The notes under the pieces were generated by a model. That model was given only the letters and a program-made list of their open reading frames with translations. It was not told where the DNA came from and made no database searches. A program made the position numbers and the translations under genes. From Candidatus Poribacteria bacterium (lineage in GTDB: Bacteria; Poribacteria; WGA-4E; PCPOR2b), in assembly GCA_965208675.1 (NCBI GenBank), contig OZ242351.1, positions 3,360,001 to 3,424,000 of the forward strand: a stretch of 64,000 nt of DNA, in the 5' to 3' direction. Shown in pieces: positions 37,836-47,125 of the stretch; positions within the stretch are counted from its first letter, which is position 1, and each line of letters begins with the position of its first letter.

Positions 37836-38516
37836 TTAGTTCAGTTTCTCAGTCCAGCCATTGACAATGCGAGCCATCTCAACGAAAACGTCCTCTGTAG
37901 TTTTGCGGGAGCGTTTGAGCACCTTGAAACCGTGGTCGGCGGTATCCAGCAGATGCAAGGTTGCCTTGCCTCCGAGTTTTTCACATACCGGTGTTAACAA
38001 ATTCAGTTCCGCCAGCTTGTCCCGTGTGCCGGACAGGAACAACATCGGCACCGTCACATCGCTCAGGTGCTCGGCGCGTTCGGTGCCCGGTCTCCCGGCG
38101 GGGTGAAGCGGGAATGCGAAGTAAACTAAACCGCGTACCCCTTCCAGCGGGGCATCCGCGGCTGCATGAGAGGACATTCGTCCGCTGTAAGAGTGCCCTC
38201 CAACGAGAAGCGGTAGTCCGCTCGCCGCCTCGTGTGCGGCGGCAACTGCGGACCGCACGGTTTCCAGCGCAACCGCTTGTGATTCTCGACCGCCTCCGCC
38301 GCGTTCCATGTAGGGAAACTGATAGCGGAACGTGGCGATTCCGGTCTCTGCCAAACGTTCGGAAATCGTCTGGAGGGTTGGATGCCGCATGTTTGTGCTG
38401 GCGCCATGCCCCAGAACCAGCAGCCAACTCGCGCCATCCGGGCGAATCAGTAACGAGGAGACCTCGCCTTTTTCCTGCGTTGCGATGAATTTTGATTCTA
38501 TCATCTCATGGCTCAT
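37836..38516 (-). CDS. Alpha/beta hydrolase (KANL3/Tex30-like, dienelactone-hydrolase-like)
   Basis: LGHGA, GGHSYSGR nucleophile elbow, FPLHPAG, GTRD, ADHGF. Confidence 0.88.
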   Translation of the reverse strand: MSHEMIESKFIATQEKGEVSSLLIRPDGASWLLVLGHGASTNMRHPTLQTISERLAETGIATFRYQFPYMERGGGGRESQAVALETVRSAVAAAHEAASGLPLLVGGHSYSGRMSSHAAADAPLEGVRGLVYFAFPLHPAGRPGTERAEHLSDVTVPMLFLSGTRDKLAELNLLTPVCEKLGGKATLHLLDTADHGFKVLKRSRKTTEDVFVEMARIVNGWTEKLN

Positions 38517-38762
38517 TGGATGCGTCTCCTAATAAGACAATTCTGTAAAACATTTTTGTGCTCGCCGTTTGCGGCATAGCATGATTTTAGAATAGAACCG
38601 CGTTTTGCGTCAAGGCGAAACTGGCGTAATCTGGAAACCGTTCGGAAGGATTGCCGGGGTTCGACCTCCCTTGTTATACTTACTCTCTCCCACAAGTCCC
38701 CAGGGTCGGATAGTGAGTGGGTTATCTCCCGTCATTCTTGACGAAACCGTGCTGTGAAGCGC

Positions 38763-38817
38763 CTGTGGGCATGGCTTCGTAGCCTTGCTTATCGGGACAG
38801 GGATGTCCCTCCCACAG
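38763..38817. repeat. REP-like doublet
   Basis: CTGTGGG...CCCACAG outer inverted repeat enclosing hairpins GCATGGCT/AGCCTTGC and GGGACA/TGTCCC. Confidence 0.5.
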
Positions 38818-38958
38818 TTTGCACCATACCGAAATGAACAATCGTTTTTAACCCTAACATAGACAGCGTTTAGCTCCAGAGACTGGTGGGTAACAGTAAG
38901 CCTTGGTAAAGGGGAGTATATGCTTATTTCAGTTCGCAAAATTCAAGATGTGCAAGGT

Positions 38959-39798
38959 CTACTCTTTTTTCACGCCGGTTTTTGCCCCTTTTGAGCGGAG
39001 ATGGTCAATCATGTCCTGGCGATTGAGTTCGATTGCAAGATCGAGAGGCGTCCAGCCTGTATCGGTTTCGGCGTTGATATCGGCGCCCGCGTCGAGCATG
39101 AGGTCGGCTTGTTCGGTAAGCCCCGACCATTCCGCGAGGGTGTGCATGGGGCGCCAATTTCCCCAAACTTCACCTTGAGCGTTGACATCGGCGCCGTTTT
39201 GTATAAGCAGTGCGGTAATCCGCACAAAACTGTCTTTGGATCCTCGCCGTGTGCGTCCAACCCAATGGAGCGGGATGAAGCCGTCAACATCGGTGGTTGC
39301 GGCACAGGACGGATTGCTTTCGAGCAAGTCTTGCGCGACGCCCAGCATTCCGAAATGCGACGCGGTAAGAATGTCGATTTCTGCGCCTTTGGCTAGCAGA
39401 TAATCCATAACGGCTTCAGCTTCTTCACAAGCGCCGTAGATGAGAGATGCGCACTGCAGCGGCGTGTAACCGCGACGATCTCGGGTATGGACGAGATTTG
39501 GATTCTCCAGGAGCATGCGGCGCACCGCGTCGAGCAAACCGGCGCGAGCGGCGGTAAAGATGTCCAAATCGGCACCGTTTTCAGCCAAATACTTTACGAT
39601 TTTTCGATGTTGCGGCCGATGCCAAACCACGTGGGATGCGGCAATCTCAATCAGGCTGCCCCCACCGTCTTGTCTCTGTGCAACCGCAAGTCGGCGGTCT
39701 CCTTCAACAAGTGTTTTTACCGTCGAGAGGTCGCCCTTTTTGACGGCGTTAATCGCCTCATTTACACGGGTTTCAAAGTCATTTTCACTGCCTGCCAT
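38959..39798 (-). CDS. Ankyrin-repeat protein
   Basis: G.TPL..A, LL..GA.IN and GWTPLDLA repeats. Confidence 0.9.
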   Translation of the reverse strand: MAGSENDFETRVNEAINAVKKGDLSTVKTLVEGDRRLAVAQRQDGGGSLIEIAASHVVWHRPQHRKIVKYLAENGADLDIFTAARAGLLDAVRRMLLENPNLVHTRDRRGYTPLQCASLIYGACEEAEAVMDYLLAKGAEIDILTASHFGMLGVAQDLLESNPSCAATTDVDGFIPLHWVGRTRRGSKDSFVRITALLIQNGADVNAQGEVWGNWRPMHTLAEWSGLTEQADLMLDAGADINAETDTGWTPLDLAIELNRQDMIDHLRSKGAKTGVKKE

Positions 39799-39928
39799 AA
39801 AAAAAATCTCCTATGAACGTTTGTGTTCTCTGCAGCGCGAACAGTCTACTCACCCGCGCCATGCAACCGCCTAACTTCTCGCTGTCTAAACGAAAGGAAT
39901 CAACCGGGGATGGGTGTAGACACCTCGA

Positions 39929-40600
39929 CTACTCCGTTTTCTCCGCGATGAGCCGAATGACTGCCGCCGTTCCGTCGTGCATCCCCTCATCCAGTTCTAC
40001 GACGGTGTCCTCGTAGTACAAGATTCGCAACGACTTAAAGTGATGCAAAAGTTCGTTGGGTTTCACAAGATAGTCGGGATTCCTGGGTCCAAAGCCGCTA
40101 GATTCCCTGTAGTTGAGGTGGTCGATCGAGAATTGTTCTAGGATAAACATGCCGCCCGGCTTCAGCGCTTCAAGGACTTGAGTGAAGATTGACGTGTCGT
40201 AGTAGTAAAAATTTGTGACCAGATCGTATTGCGCTTTGCCCATGTCATAGCCGGTCAAATCGGCAACGACGGCATGTACCTCTGTGTTTCTTTCCTTTGC
40301 CAGCTTGTTGCATTTTTTGATGGCGACTTCAGAAATGTCAACGCCGGTGACATCAAAGCCGTTTTGGGCGAGATAAACCGCGTTGCGCCCCTCCCCCATC
40401 GCCAGCACGAGCGCTTTACCGACCTTGAGTCCGCCAATCTTCTGCTTGAGGAAAGCAGCCGGTTCTTTACCGTAGATATACATATCGCGGTCGTAACGCT
40501 CATTCCACCGCGCTTTCGTAGACTCGGATTTGCCGCCTAGTAGCGGGACTTGGCTGAATAGAAATAGTCCAATGGCTGCGGGTATGATTAGATGTCTCAT
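39929..40600 (-). CDS. Class I SAM-dependent methyltransferase (TehB-like) with N-terminal signal-like segment
   Basis: WNERY, ALVLAMGEGRNAVYLA..GFDVTGVDIS, LKPGG. Confidence 0.88.
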   Translation of the reverse strand: MRHLIIPAAIGLFLFSQVPLLGGKSESTKARWNERYDRDMYIYGKEPAAFLKQKIGGLKVGKALVLAMGEGRNAVYLAQNGFDVTGVDISEVAIKKCNKLAKERNTEVHAVVADLTGYDMGKAQYDLVTNFYYYDTSIFTQVLEALKPGGMFILEQFSIDHLNYRESSGFGPRNPDYLVKPNELLHHFKSLRILYYEDTVVELDEGMHDGTAAVIRLIAEKTE

Positions 40601-40857
40601 ATTTCTCCTTTCGGTTGTATTTTTACGAGATCTCTAGGCTTACGGCAATTGGTTCTCGCCGTAGATTGTGCGTTGTGGAATTGATCAGAAGTTACCATTC
40701 TACAGGAAGATTAAATGGATGGCGGCGCAAGCAGATTGGATTTTCGGTTTCTCCTCACAATGGGAATGGTAAGATTTGTATTTGGAAGGGTGAGAGTGGA
40801 TACTAAATTTTACGACCTATCGAATCGAAAATCAACCATTTTTAGGCATAGGAATTA

Positions 40858-41694
40858 CTATGGATACGGTGTTGCATAGTCATACCATTCAAGAATGCGC
40901 CATTCGCTTGTGTTTTCGGCGTTTTCTCGAAGTTCTAGTATGAAAAACATGTGCCCGGATGGATAAGATACCTCTCCTGAAGCATGTTGGACGAATTTGA
41001 GGTCGTAATCATACTCAACCATTGCAAGGGTATCATTTAAGAACTCAATATCTCCACGCCGAGAGAGATTTAAATCGATACGCTCCATTGCATTGAACAG
41101 TCTCGATGTTCCTTCGCGTTCCTGCCGCCCGCCCCGGAATATCAGATCGTCGTCTGGATTATCGGGTGTGCCTAAGTCGCTGGTGTAGAAGAAGTCGTCT
41201 TCCCATATCGCGGACATATATTGTTCTATATCGTAAATTTCGAGCCCATATTTCCATTGATCCCAAATAACGGATTCTATTTTGGATTTTTCTTGATTGT
41301 AATCAAATTCATCGTTTCCGGCATCATTTTCTTGGTTAAAATCCGCTTGCTCTGTCTCGTCAAAAGTATCTTCGGGTTCAAGGCTCGAAAGCCAGGCGAT
41401 AAAGTCCTTGATTTCATCGTCGCTACTCTGAGCTGTAGGTACTTTCTCAGGAATGTGCGCCGTCTCTGTCTCTTGGAAATCTGTGTTTTCCTCAACCGGT
41501 TGAGTTTGCGTTGCAACCCAAGAACTGCGCTTGACGAACCGAGGTTTAGTGATTCGCCGAGCTTCCGGCAAGACTATTTCTACGCGCCGTTCCACCTCGG
41601 ACGCGTGGTACTTCAACACCTGAAGCCCGATGAATCCAGCAGTAAGAATACCAACGCAAGCGAGGAGTATCTTTATTTTCGTTCTAAATTTCAT
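40858..41694 (-). CDS. Membrane-anchored hypothetical protein with C-terminal NTF2/SnoaL-like domain
   Basis: TM after ATG 41694; acidic linker; DIEQYMSAIW...WRILEW. Confidence 0.55.
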   Translation of the reverse strand: MKFRTKIKILLACVGILTAGFIGLQVLKYHASEVERRVEIVLPEARRITKPRFVKRSSWVATQTQPVEENTDFQETETAHIPEKVPTAQSSDDEIKDFIAWLSSLEPEDTFDETEQADFNQENDAGNDEFDYNQEKSKIESVIWDQWKYGLEIYDIEQYMSAIWEDDFFYTSDLGTPDNPDDDLIFRGGRQEREGTSRLFNAMERIDLNLSRRGDIEFLNDTLAMVEYDYDLKFVQHASGEVSYPSGHMFFILELRENAENTSEWRILEWYDYATPYP

Positions 41695-41867
41695 AATGTG
41701 AATTGATGCCTTGTCAACGAAATGAATAACTCTTTCTGGATGTTTTATTGGTGTAAAATCCCAATTAACTCCATCATTATATGTCAGGTTATGTTTTGAC
41801 AGCAATCGGCAAAATAGGCTTGAAAATCTCGGTTACACTGGTTATCATTGGTGCAGAGATGATTGCT

Positions 41868-42593
41868 ATGGAAAACGTGGAGAAGTCAACGAAGCGGGCG
41901 GTTATATTCGATCTCTACGAGACGCTAATCACTGAAAATCACCCGGAATGGCATGCGGAGGCGCCAACCCCGGGCAAGCGGCTCGGTTTATCTCAAGAGG
42001 ATTTTGAACGTGAGTGGTTTGCGCGGTACCAAGCGCGAATGACTGGGAAGTTTCAGTGCTACCGCGACGTGTTGAGGGAAATATGCTGTGCTTGCCAAAT
42101 TGCTCCGCCTGAAGAAGAAATCTCCCTGATGCAAGCGGAGAGATTGGCTGCGAAGGCTCGGCCGTTTGAACGATTGGATCCGCTGGTTGTTGAAACGTTG
42201 TATAAGTTAAAAACGTCAGGATATCGTATTGGGCTTATCTCAAATTGCGGATATGATGAAATGGCGACATGGGATTCCACCGAGCTTGCGGTTCAGGTTG
42301 ACGCGCCAGTTTTCTCGTGTGTAGAAGGGGTAACTAAACCGAACCCTGCAATTTACGAACTGGCATGCGAGAGGTTGGGCGTCGACAATAGTGCTGCGGT
42401 TTATGTGGGTGACGGCGGGAGCGATGAGTTGCGCGGTGCGGATACGGCAGGACTGACGGCGATCTGGGCGACGTGGTACATTGAGAAATGGCCGTGGGAC
42501 TGGGTGGGATATGCAGCCAAAACGTCAGATGCCTTTCCTCGATGCCGGCGAATTTGCGATTTGCCTGCCCTTGTAGATGGCATGTACACTTGA
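41868..42593 (+). CDS. HAD-superfamily hydrolase
   Basis: AVIFDLYETL, GLISN, KPNPAIY, YVGDGGSDEL.GA...G. Confidence 0.88.
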   Translation: MENVEKSTKRAVIFDLYETLITENHPEWHAEAPTPGKRLGLSQEDFEREWFARYQARMTGKFQCYRDVLREICCACQIAPPEEEISLMQAERLAAKARPFERLDPLVVETLYKLKTSGYRIGLISNCGYDEMATWDSTELAVQVDAPVFSCVEGVTKPNPAIYELACERLGVDNSAAVYVGDGGSDELRGADTAGLTAIWATWYIEKWPWDWVGYAAKTSDAFPRCRRICDLPALVDGMYT

Positions 42594-42685
42594 AGGATTC
42601 AAGCACCGGAGAAGCGTTCGTTAGAACCACCGAAAGCGTCCGGTAGGGCGATTCGCTTTTATCTAAGATCTATTGCAATCGTATT

Positions 42686-42701
42686 CGGCACGATTATTGC
42701 G
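42686..42701 (+). promoter_or_regulatory. Sigma54 (-24/-12) promoter upstream of the sensor kinase gene
   Basis: CGGCACGATTATTGCG (GG-N10-GC). Confidence 0.65.
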
Positions 42702-42753
42702 TAGATTTGCAAAATAGTTCGCCGTATCTGTTATCATCGGCGTTGAAAATTAA

Positions 42754-42960
42754 CTAGGGCGTGTTGACATTTGGCATCCCGTAGGTTGAATTGAACGGTT
42801 GAACGGCAGTCCCTATCAAGTATAAGGGAATCTTTTGTAACAAAATCTGTTAGATTGTGATCCGAGCCCGCAAACTAACAGTTTGCGCTACTTACATCAG
42901 ATTATCCAATGGAGACAACGTTTGCCGAATCAGTAGCCTCAAAATGTCAACAGAACCTAG
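42754..42960. mobile_element. MITE of about 200 bp with IS5-like ends and CTAG flanks
   Basis: CTAG-GGCGTGTTGACATTT ... AAATGTCAACAGAAC-CTAG; no transposase. Confidence 0.7.
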
Positions 42961-43003
42961 AAAGAATAAGAGCTCTTGGTCATAACATCCGAGAGGAAGC
43001 ACG

Positions 43004-44662
43004 ATGCGCCTAAATCGACACAGCCTCTTTTTTCCCGCGGTGACGCTGACCGTGTTGACAATCACGCTCACCGTGATTTTAGCCATCTCCACATACCGGA
43101 ACCTGCATCGTGAGCGAAGCCAGATGGAGGAATCAATCACGCGGGAGGGAGCCGCACTGCTGCGCCTGTTTGAAACCGTGCTTCGCAGCCGGGATTATGG
43201 AAGCAGGGAAAGAGTTGCCGAAGTCCAACAGATGGTATCTGCCGCGGCGCCGAACGAGAATATCGCCTACATTTATATGTTTAATCAACAGGGACAGATT
43301 TTGGCGCATACCAATCCCGAAATGGTTGGAAGACTTATTGACGGCGACATTCCACAAAGTTCCAAGAATCCGTTGCTGCGGAAACATGATTCCGCAGAAC
43401 ATCTCTTTGAGGTTCGAAGTGGTTTTCACACCGTTCCATCTGAACAGTCTCCCACCCACTATCTCGGAATCGGCCTTGAGATGGGTACGCTTGAGCGGGC
43501 GCATCATGAAGACCGCCGGCACACCATGATGATGGCTGCCATGCTCATCCTGTTAGGTTCAGGCTCGCTGTTCTTTATTCTTGTGGTGCAGAATTTCCAC
43601 CTCGTCCAGCGCACGCTCAATCAGATGAAAAGTTATATTCACTACGTTGTGGAGAGCATGGCGAACGGCTTGATTTCGCTCGATGCTAACGGCGCAGTGA
43701 CCACAATCAACCGAGCGGCTCAAGAACTTGTCGGTATATCAGAAACGGAGTCGAAATCGCTTGAGATTGATAGACTTTTACCTCCGCACGCGACCGAGAT
43801 TCAGGAGGTGCTTGAACATAATCACACTATCCTCAACAAAGAGATTGTATTGAAACACCGTGGCGGCCTCGCCATTCCTGTGAACCTGAGCGCAACTCAG
43901 GTGAAAGATGAGGGCGGATCCAAGCTGGGCGTGGTGGTGCTGCTGCATGACATGCGTGAGATGGTGGAGTTGCAGGAGCGAGCCAAACGCGCCGAGCATC
44001 TGGCGTCCATAGGCAGAATGGCAGCGACGGTTGCGCATGAGGTTCGGAATCCGCTCTCTTCGATTCGAGGGTTTGCCCAATTTTTCGCGAATCTCTTTCA
44101 GGAAAAAACAGAGGAACGCACCTACGCGTTGGCAATGATGAAAGAGTCGAACCGCTTGAACCGTGTGGTTTCGGAACTGTTGGATTACGCGCGGCCGCTG
44201 GAATTGAAGATTGAATCGACCTCAATCGAGACACTATTTCACGATGTCGTCCGGCGGCTTGAGCTGGAAAAGTCAGACTCCCGCGTTGAGGTTATTCAGG
44301 AGATACAACCCGATATGCCGGAATTGCAGCTTGACTCTGACCGGATGCTTCAGGTGTTGCACAATCTTATGCAAAACAGCATTGACGCCATGCCCGACGG
44401 CGGCAAGCTAGTTCTATCCGCCAGGTGGGACACAGAACGAAAGTGCGTCCAGATTGGCGTACGGGACACGGGAGACGGCATTTCGCAAGCCGATATGCCG
44501 AGATTGTTTGAGCCTTTTTTCACAACGAAAGCACGCGGGGCCGGACTTGGGCTTGCCGTCGTGCGAAAAATCGTGGATGCGCAAGATGGTGAAGTGGACG
44601 TTAAAAGTGAAGAGGGCGTTGGAACAGACGTGATTTTAACCCTGCCGCAAAAGGAGACATAG
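43004..44662 (+). CDS. PAS-domain sensor histidine kinase (ZraS/HydH-like)
   Basis: 2 TM, PAS, AATVAHEVRNPL H-box, NLMQNSIDA, DTGDG, FEPFFTTK, GAGLGL. Confidence 0.92.
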   Translation: MRLNRHSLFFPAVTLTVLTITLTVILAISTYRNLHRERSQMEESITREGAALLRLFETVLRSRDYGSRERVAEVQQMVSAAAPNENIAYIYMFNQQGQILAHTNPEMVGRLIDGDIPQSSKNPLLRKHDSAEHLFEVRSGFHTVPSEQSPTHYLGIGLEMGTLERAHHEDRRHTMMMAAMLILLGSGSLFFILVVQNFHLVQRTLNQMKSYIHYVVESMANGLISLDANGAVTTINRAAQELVGISETESKSLEIDRLLPPHATEIQEVLEHNHTILNKEIVLKHRGGLAIPVNLSATQVKDEGGSKLGVVVLLHDMREMVELQERAKRAEHLASIGRMAATVAHEVRNPLSSIRGFAQFFANLFQEKTEERTYALAMMKESNRLNRVVSELLDYARPLELKIESTSIETLFHDVVRRLELEKSDSRVEVIQEIQPDMPELQLDSDRMLQVLHNLMQNSIDAMPDGGKLVLSARWDTERKCVQIGVRDTGDGISQADMPRLFEPFFTTKARGAGLGLAVVRKIVDAQDGEVDVKSEEGVGTDVILTLPQKET

Positions 44663-44678
44663 AAAGGGGTACTTCAGC

Positions 44679-46034
44679 GTGCGGTTAAAGATTCTTATCG
44701 TTGACGACGAGCCGTCTCATCGATTGATGCTATTTGCCCATCTCAAATCGGATTACGATGTCTCAGAGGCATCTGACGGTTTTCAGGCGGTGGAAGCGGT
44801 AAAACTGCAGTTCTACGATTTGGTGATTATGGACATTCGCATGCCGGGTATGGATGGTTTAGCGGCGCTTCGACAGATTAAAGCGATTAGCCCGGGAATT
44901 GTTGTGTTTATCATGACCGCGTTCCAGTCTGTGGAGACCGCACGGGAAGCGCTGCGACAGGGTGCGAGCGACTACATCGTCAAACCGGTTGATGCGGAAG
45001 AGCTATTAGGAAATATCAAGCGCGAGTTCTCTTACCGCGACCTGCAACGCGAGAATACACTGCTGAAAGAGCGTCTGGATGAGCAGTTCACCGATTCCAA
45101 CATTATTGCGCGAAGTGCTATGATGCGGGAAGTGCTGCAGAGCGTTGGGTTAATTGCGCCCTCGGATGCGACGGTGCTCATTCTCGGCGAGAGCGGCACC
45201 GGCAAAGAGCTAATTGCCAATCTAATCCATGCGCGAAGTCCTCGCGCAAAAAAGCCGTTCATCAAGATAAACTGCGCTGCGCTCACGGAGACACTGTTGG
45301 AGAGTGAGTTGTTTGGCCATGAGAAAGGATCTTTTACCGGCGCAACTGGACGGAAGCTGGGACGATTTGAGTTAGCAGATGGCGGCTCGCTCTTTCTCGA
45401 CGAGGTGGGGGAGATGAGTCAAACCACCCAAGTCAAGCTGTTACGCGTCCTTCAAGAGCAGCAATTTGAGCGGGTTGGCGGTACGGAGCCGATAACCGTT
45501 GATATTCGAATCATCACGGCGACGAATAAGGACATCTTGGAAGAGGTGAAGGCGAATCGGTTCCGTGAAGACCTGTACTATCGACTCAACGTTGTCCCGG
45601 TTCAGCTTCCGTCGTTAAGAGAGCGGCGCGAAGACATCCCGCCGTTGGCTGTGTATTTTCTTGATTTCTATTCAGAGAAAAACCAGCGCGGATTCATGAA
45701 AATCCTGCCCGACGCGCTTGATGCAATGATGCGCTACGATTGGCCCGGAAATGTGCGCGAACTCGAAAACACCATCGAACGCGGCGTTATCATCGCACGC
45801 TCGGAACACCTAACCACGGAGGAACTCCCGCCGAATATCCGTAAAATCGCCGAATCGGAAACCGGTTACGATTCCGATGTGACGGTTGGCGGTACGATAA
45901 AAGACATGGAGAAGGAATTCATTGCTCGAACACTGGTTTCTGTCGCTGGAAATCGTACCCATGCCGCTAAAATCTTAGGAATTACGCGCAAAACTTTACA
46001 GAACAAGATGCGCGAGTACAACCTCGACCTCTGA
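44679..46034 (+). CDS. NtrC-family sigma54-dependent response regulator (ZraR/HydG-like)
   Basis: Receiver DD/D; GESGTGKE; ESELFGHEKGSFTGA; FLDEV; FREDLYYRLNV; WPGNVREL; Fis-type HTH. Confidence 0.95.
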   Translation: MRLKILIVDDEPSHRLMLFAHLKSDYDVSEASDGFQAVEAVKLQFYDLVIMDIRMPGMDGLAALRQIKAISPGIVVFIMTAFQSVETAREALRQGASDYIVKPVDAEELLGNIKREFSYRDLQRENTLLKERLDEQFTDSNIIARSAMMREVLQSVGLIAPSDATVLILGESGTGKELIANLIHARSPRAKKPFIKINCAALTETLLESELFGHEKGSFTGATGRKLGRFELADGGSLFLDEVGEMSQTTQVKLLRVLQEQQFERVGGTEPITVDIRIITATNKDILEEVKANRFREDLYYRLNVVPVQLPSLRERREDIPPLAVYFLDFYSEKNQRGFMKILPDALDAMMRYDWPGNVRELENTIERGVIIARSEHLTTEELPPNIRKIAESETGYDSDVTVGGTIKDMEKEFIARTLVSVAGNRTHAAKILGITRKTLQNKMREYNLDL

Positions 46035-46085
46035 TCTGAATCAACCACCGTTTATCAACCCTCATCTCTCCAATTTTTCCTCGCC

Positions 46086-46135
46086 TGTATAAAAAGTATC
46101 CAGTCTCACACTCCCGCCTGCGTAAAAAATACCCA
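46086..46135 (+). promoter_or_regulatory. Tandem enhancer (UAS) sites for the ZraR-like activator
   Basis: TGTATAAAAAGTATCCA and TGCGTAAAAAATACCCA, 33 nt apart, 140-190 nt upstream of the sigma54 promoter. Confidence 0.6.
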
Positions 46136-46271
46136 CTCACTGGTATACTTCTTCAATCTCCGCATAATTATTTGCTGAAATGCGAGATATGGCGTGAGTG
46201 TGCGCTTTATCCAGTATTTTGGGCGAATCCAAGTGGCTTGGTTATAGGTCGTTTCATCCAATCGTAACGGG

Positions 46272-46288
46272 TTGGCATTTAACTTGCT
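46272..46288 (+). promoter_or_regulatory. Sigma54 promoter of the metal-efflux operon
   Basis: TTGGCATTTAACTTGCT (GG-N10-GC). Confidence 0.8.
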
Positions 46289-46381
46289 CTAAGTATGTTC
46301 GTATAAAAAATTGAAACAGGCATAAGGAGATCTCCCAGATTTTCTTTGTCCCCAAATCTGAAACGAAAAAAGGAGAAAATC

Positions 46382-47020
46382 GTGAAAAGGACAATCGTAC
46401 TCACAATCTCAATACTCGGTCTCGTTGTAGGACTCTTGGTTTCTACTTCCTCAATTCAGGCGGATAAGCGTTCACATGGGCATGATCATCATGCCGATAT
46501 GCACCACCACGGTGAGCACGCCAAGAAGAGCGGCAAGGCACGCTGTGCGATTGTTGGTATGATGATGAAAGCGTCCGCCATGACGGAAATGAGTCTTGAC
46601 GGAAAAACGTACTATTTCTGTAATGCGAAACAAGCCGAGATGTTCAAAGTCCATCCGGACAAATACCTCAAACAGACTTCGCTCGGTCATGCCACGGTCA
46701 ATCTGAATGTTTTGACAATTGATGAATACAAAGAGATAATGCAGGATTTGGGCATGGGCGGTATGATGAAGATGGACGCGATGAAGGGAAAAACGCACCG
46801 CATGAGCGTCTACATAACGCAACAAAATAAAGATCATGGCCAACCACTTGAGGGGGCTTACCTCGCATTGAAAATTACCGAATCCAACGGCAAGAAAACA
46901 ACCGTGCCGTTGTCTTACAACAAAATGATGAAAACTTATGACGCTTTTGCTGCCGTGCCAGCAGATGCAACCCTTCGGGTTCAAATGGTCATTACAACAC
47001 CTGAAATCAACGTTTCGTAG
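46382..47020 (+). CDS. Periplasmic His/Met-rich YHS-domain metal-binding protein
   Basis: Signal peptide; HGHDHHADMHHHGEH; C...GM...DGKTYYFC....AEMF...P.KY; GTG 46382 after AGGAG. Confidence 0.75.
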   Translation: MKRTIVLTISILGLVVGLLVSTSSIQADKRSHGHDHHADMHHHGEHAKKSGKARCAIVGMMMKASAMTEMSLDGKTYYFCNAKQAEMFKVHPDKYLKQTSLGHATVNLNVLTIDEYKEIMQDLGMGGMMKMDAMKGKTHRMSVYITQQNKDHGQPLEGAYLALKITESNGKKTTVPLSYNKMMKTYDAFAAVPADATLRVQMVITTPEINVS

Positions 47021-47035
47021 TAAACTGATCAGATT

Positions 47036-47070
47036 CGCTGGTTCAAACCGGCATCGGGTTTGAACCGGCG
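47036..47070 (+). terminator. Intergenic hairpin (attenuator or mRNA-stabilising)
   Basis: CGCTGGTTCAAACC-GGCATCG-GGTTTGAACCGGCG; no strong U tract. Confidence 0.45.
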
Positions 47071-47125
47071 GTTGGGTTTAATTACTTGAGTAAAACCCGT
47101 GAAAGTTTCTTTTATAGGAGCCGTT

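Noticed and set aside
38612-38675. tRNA-like GGGGTTCGACCTCCC T-arm (possible tRNA or tRNA-Sec)
   Set aside because: No acceptor, D or anticodon stems can be built and there is no CCA end.
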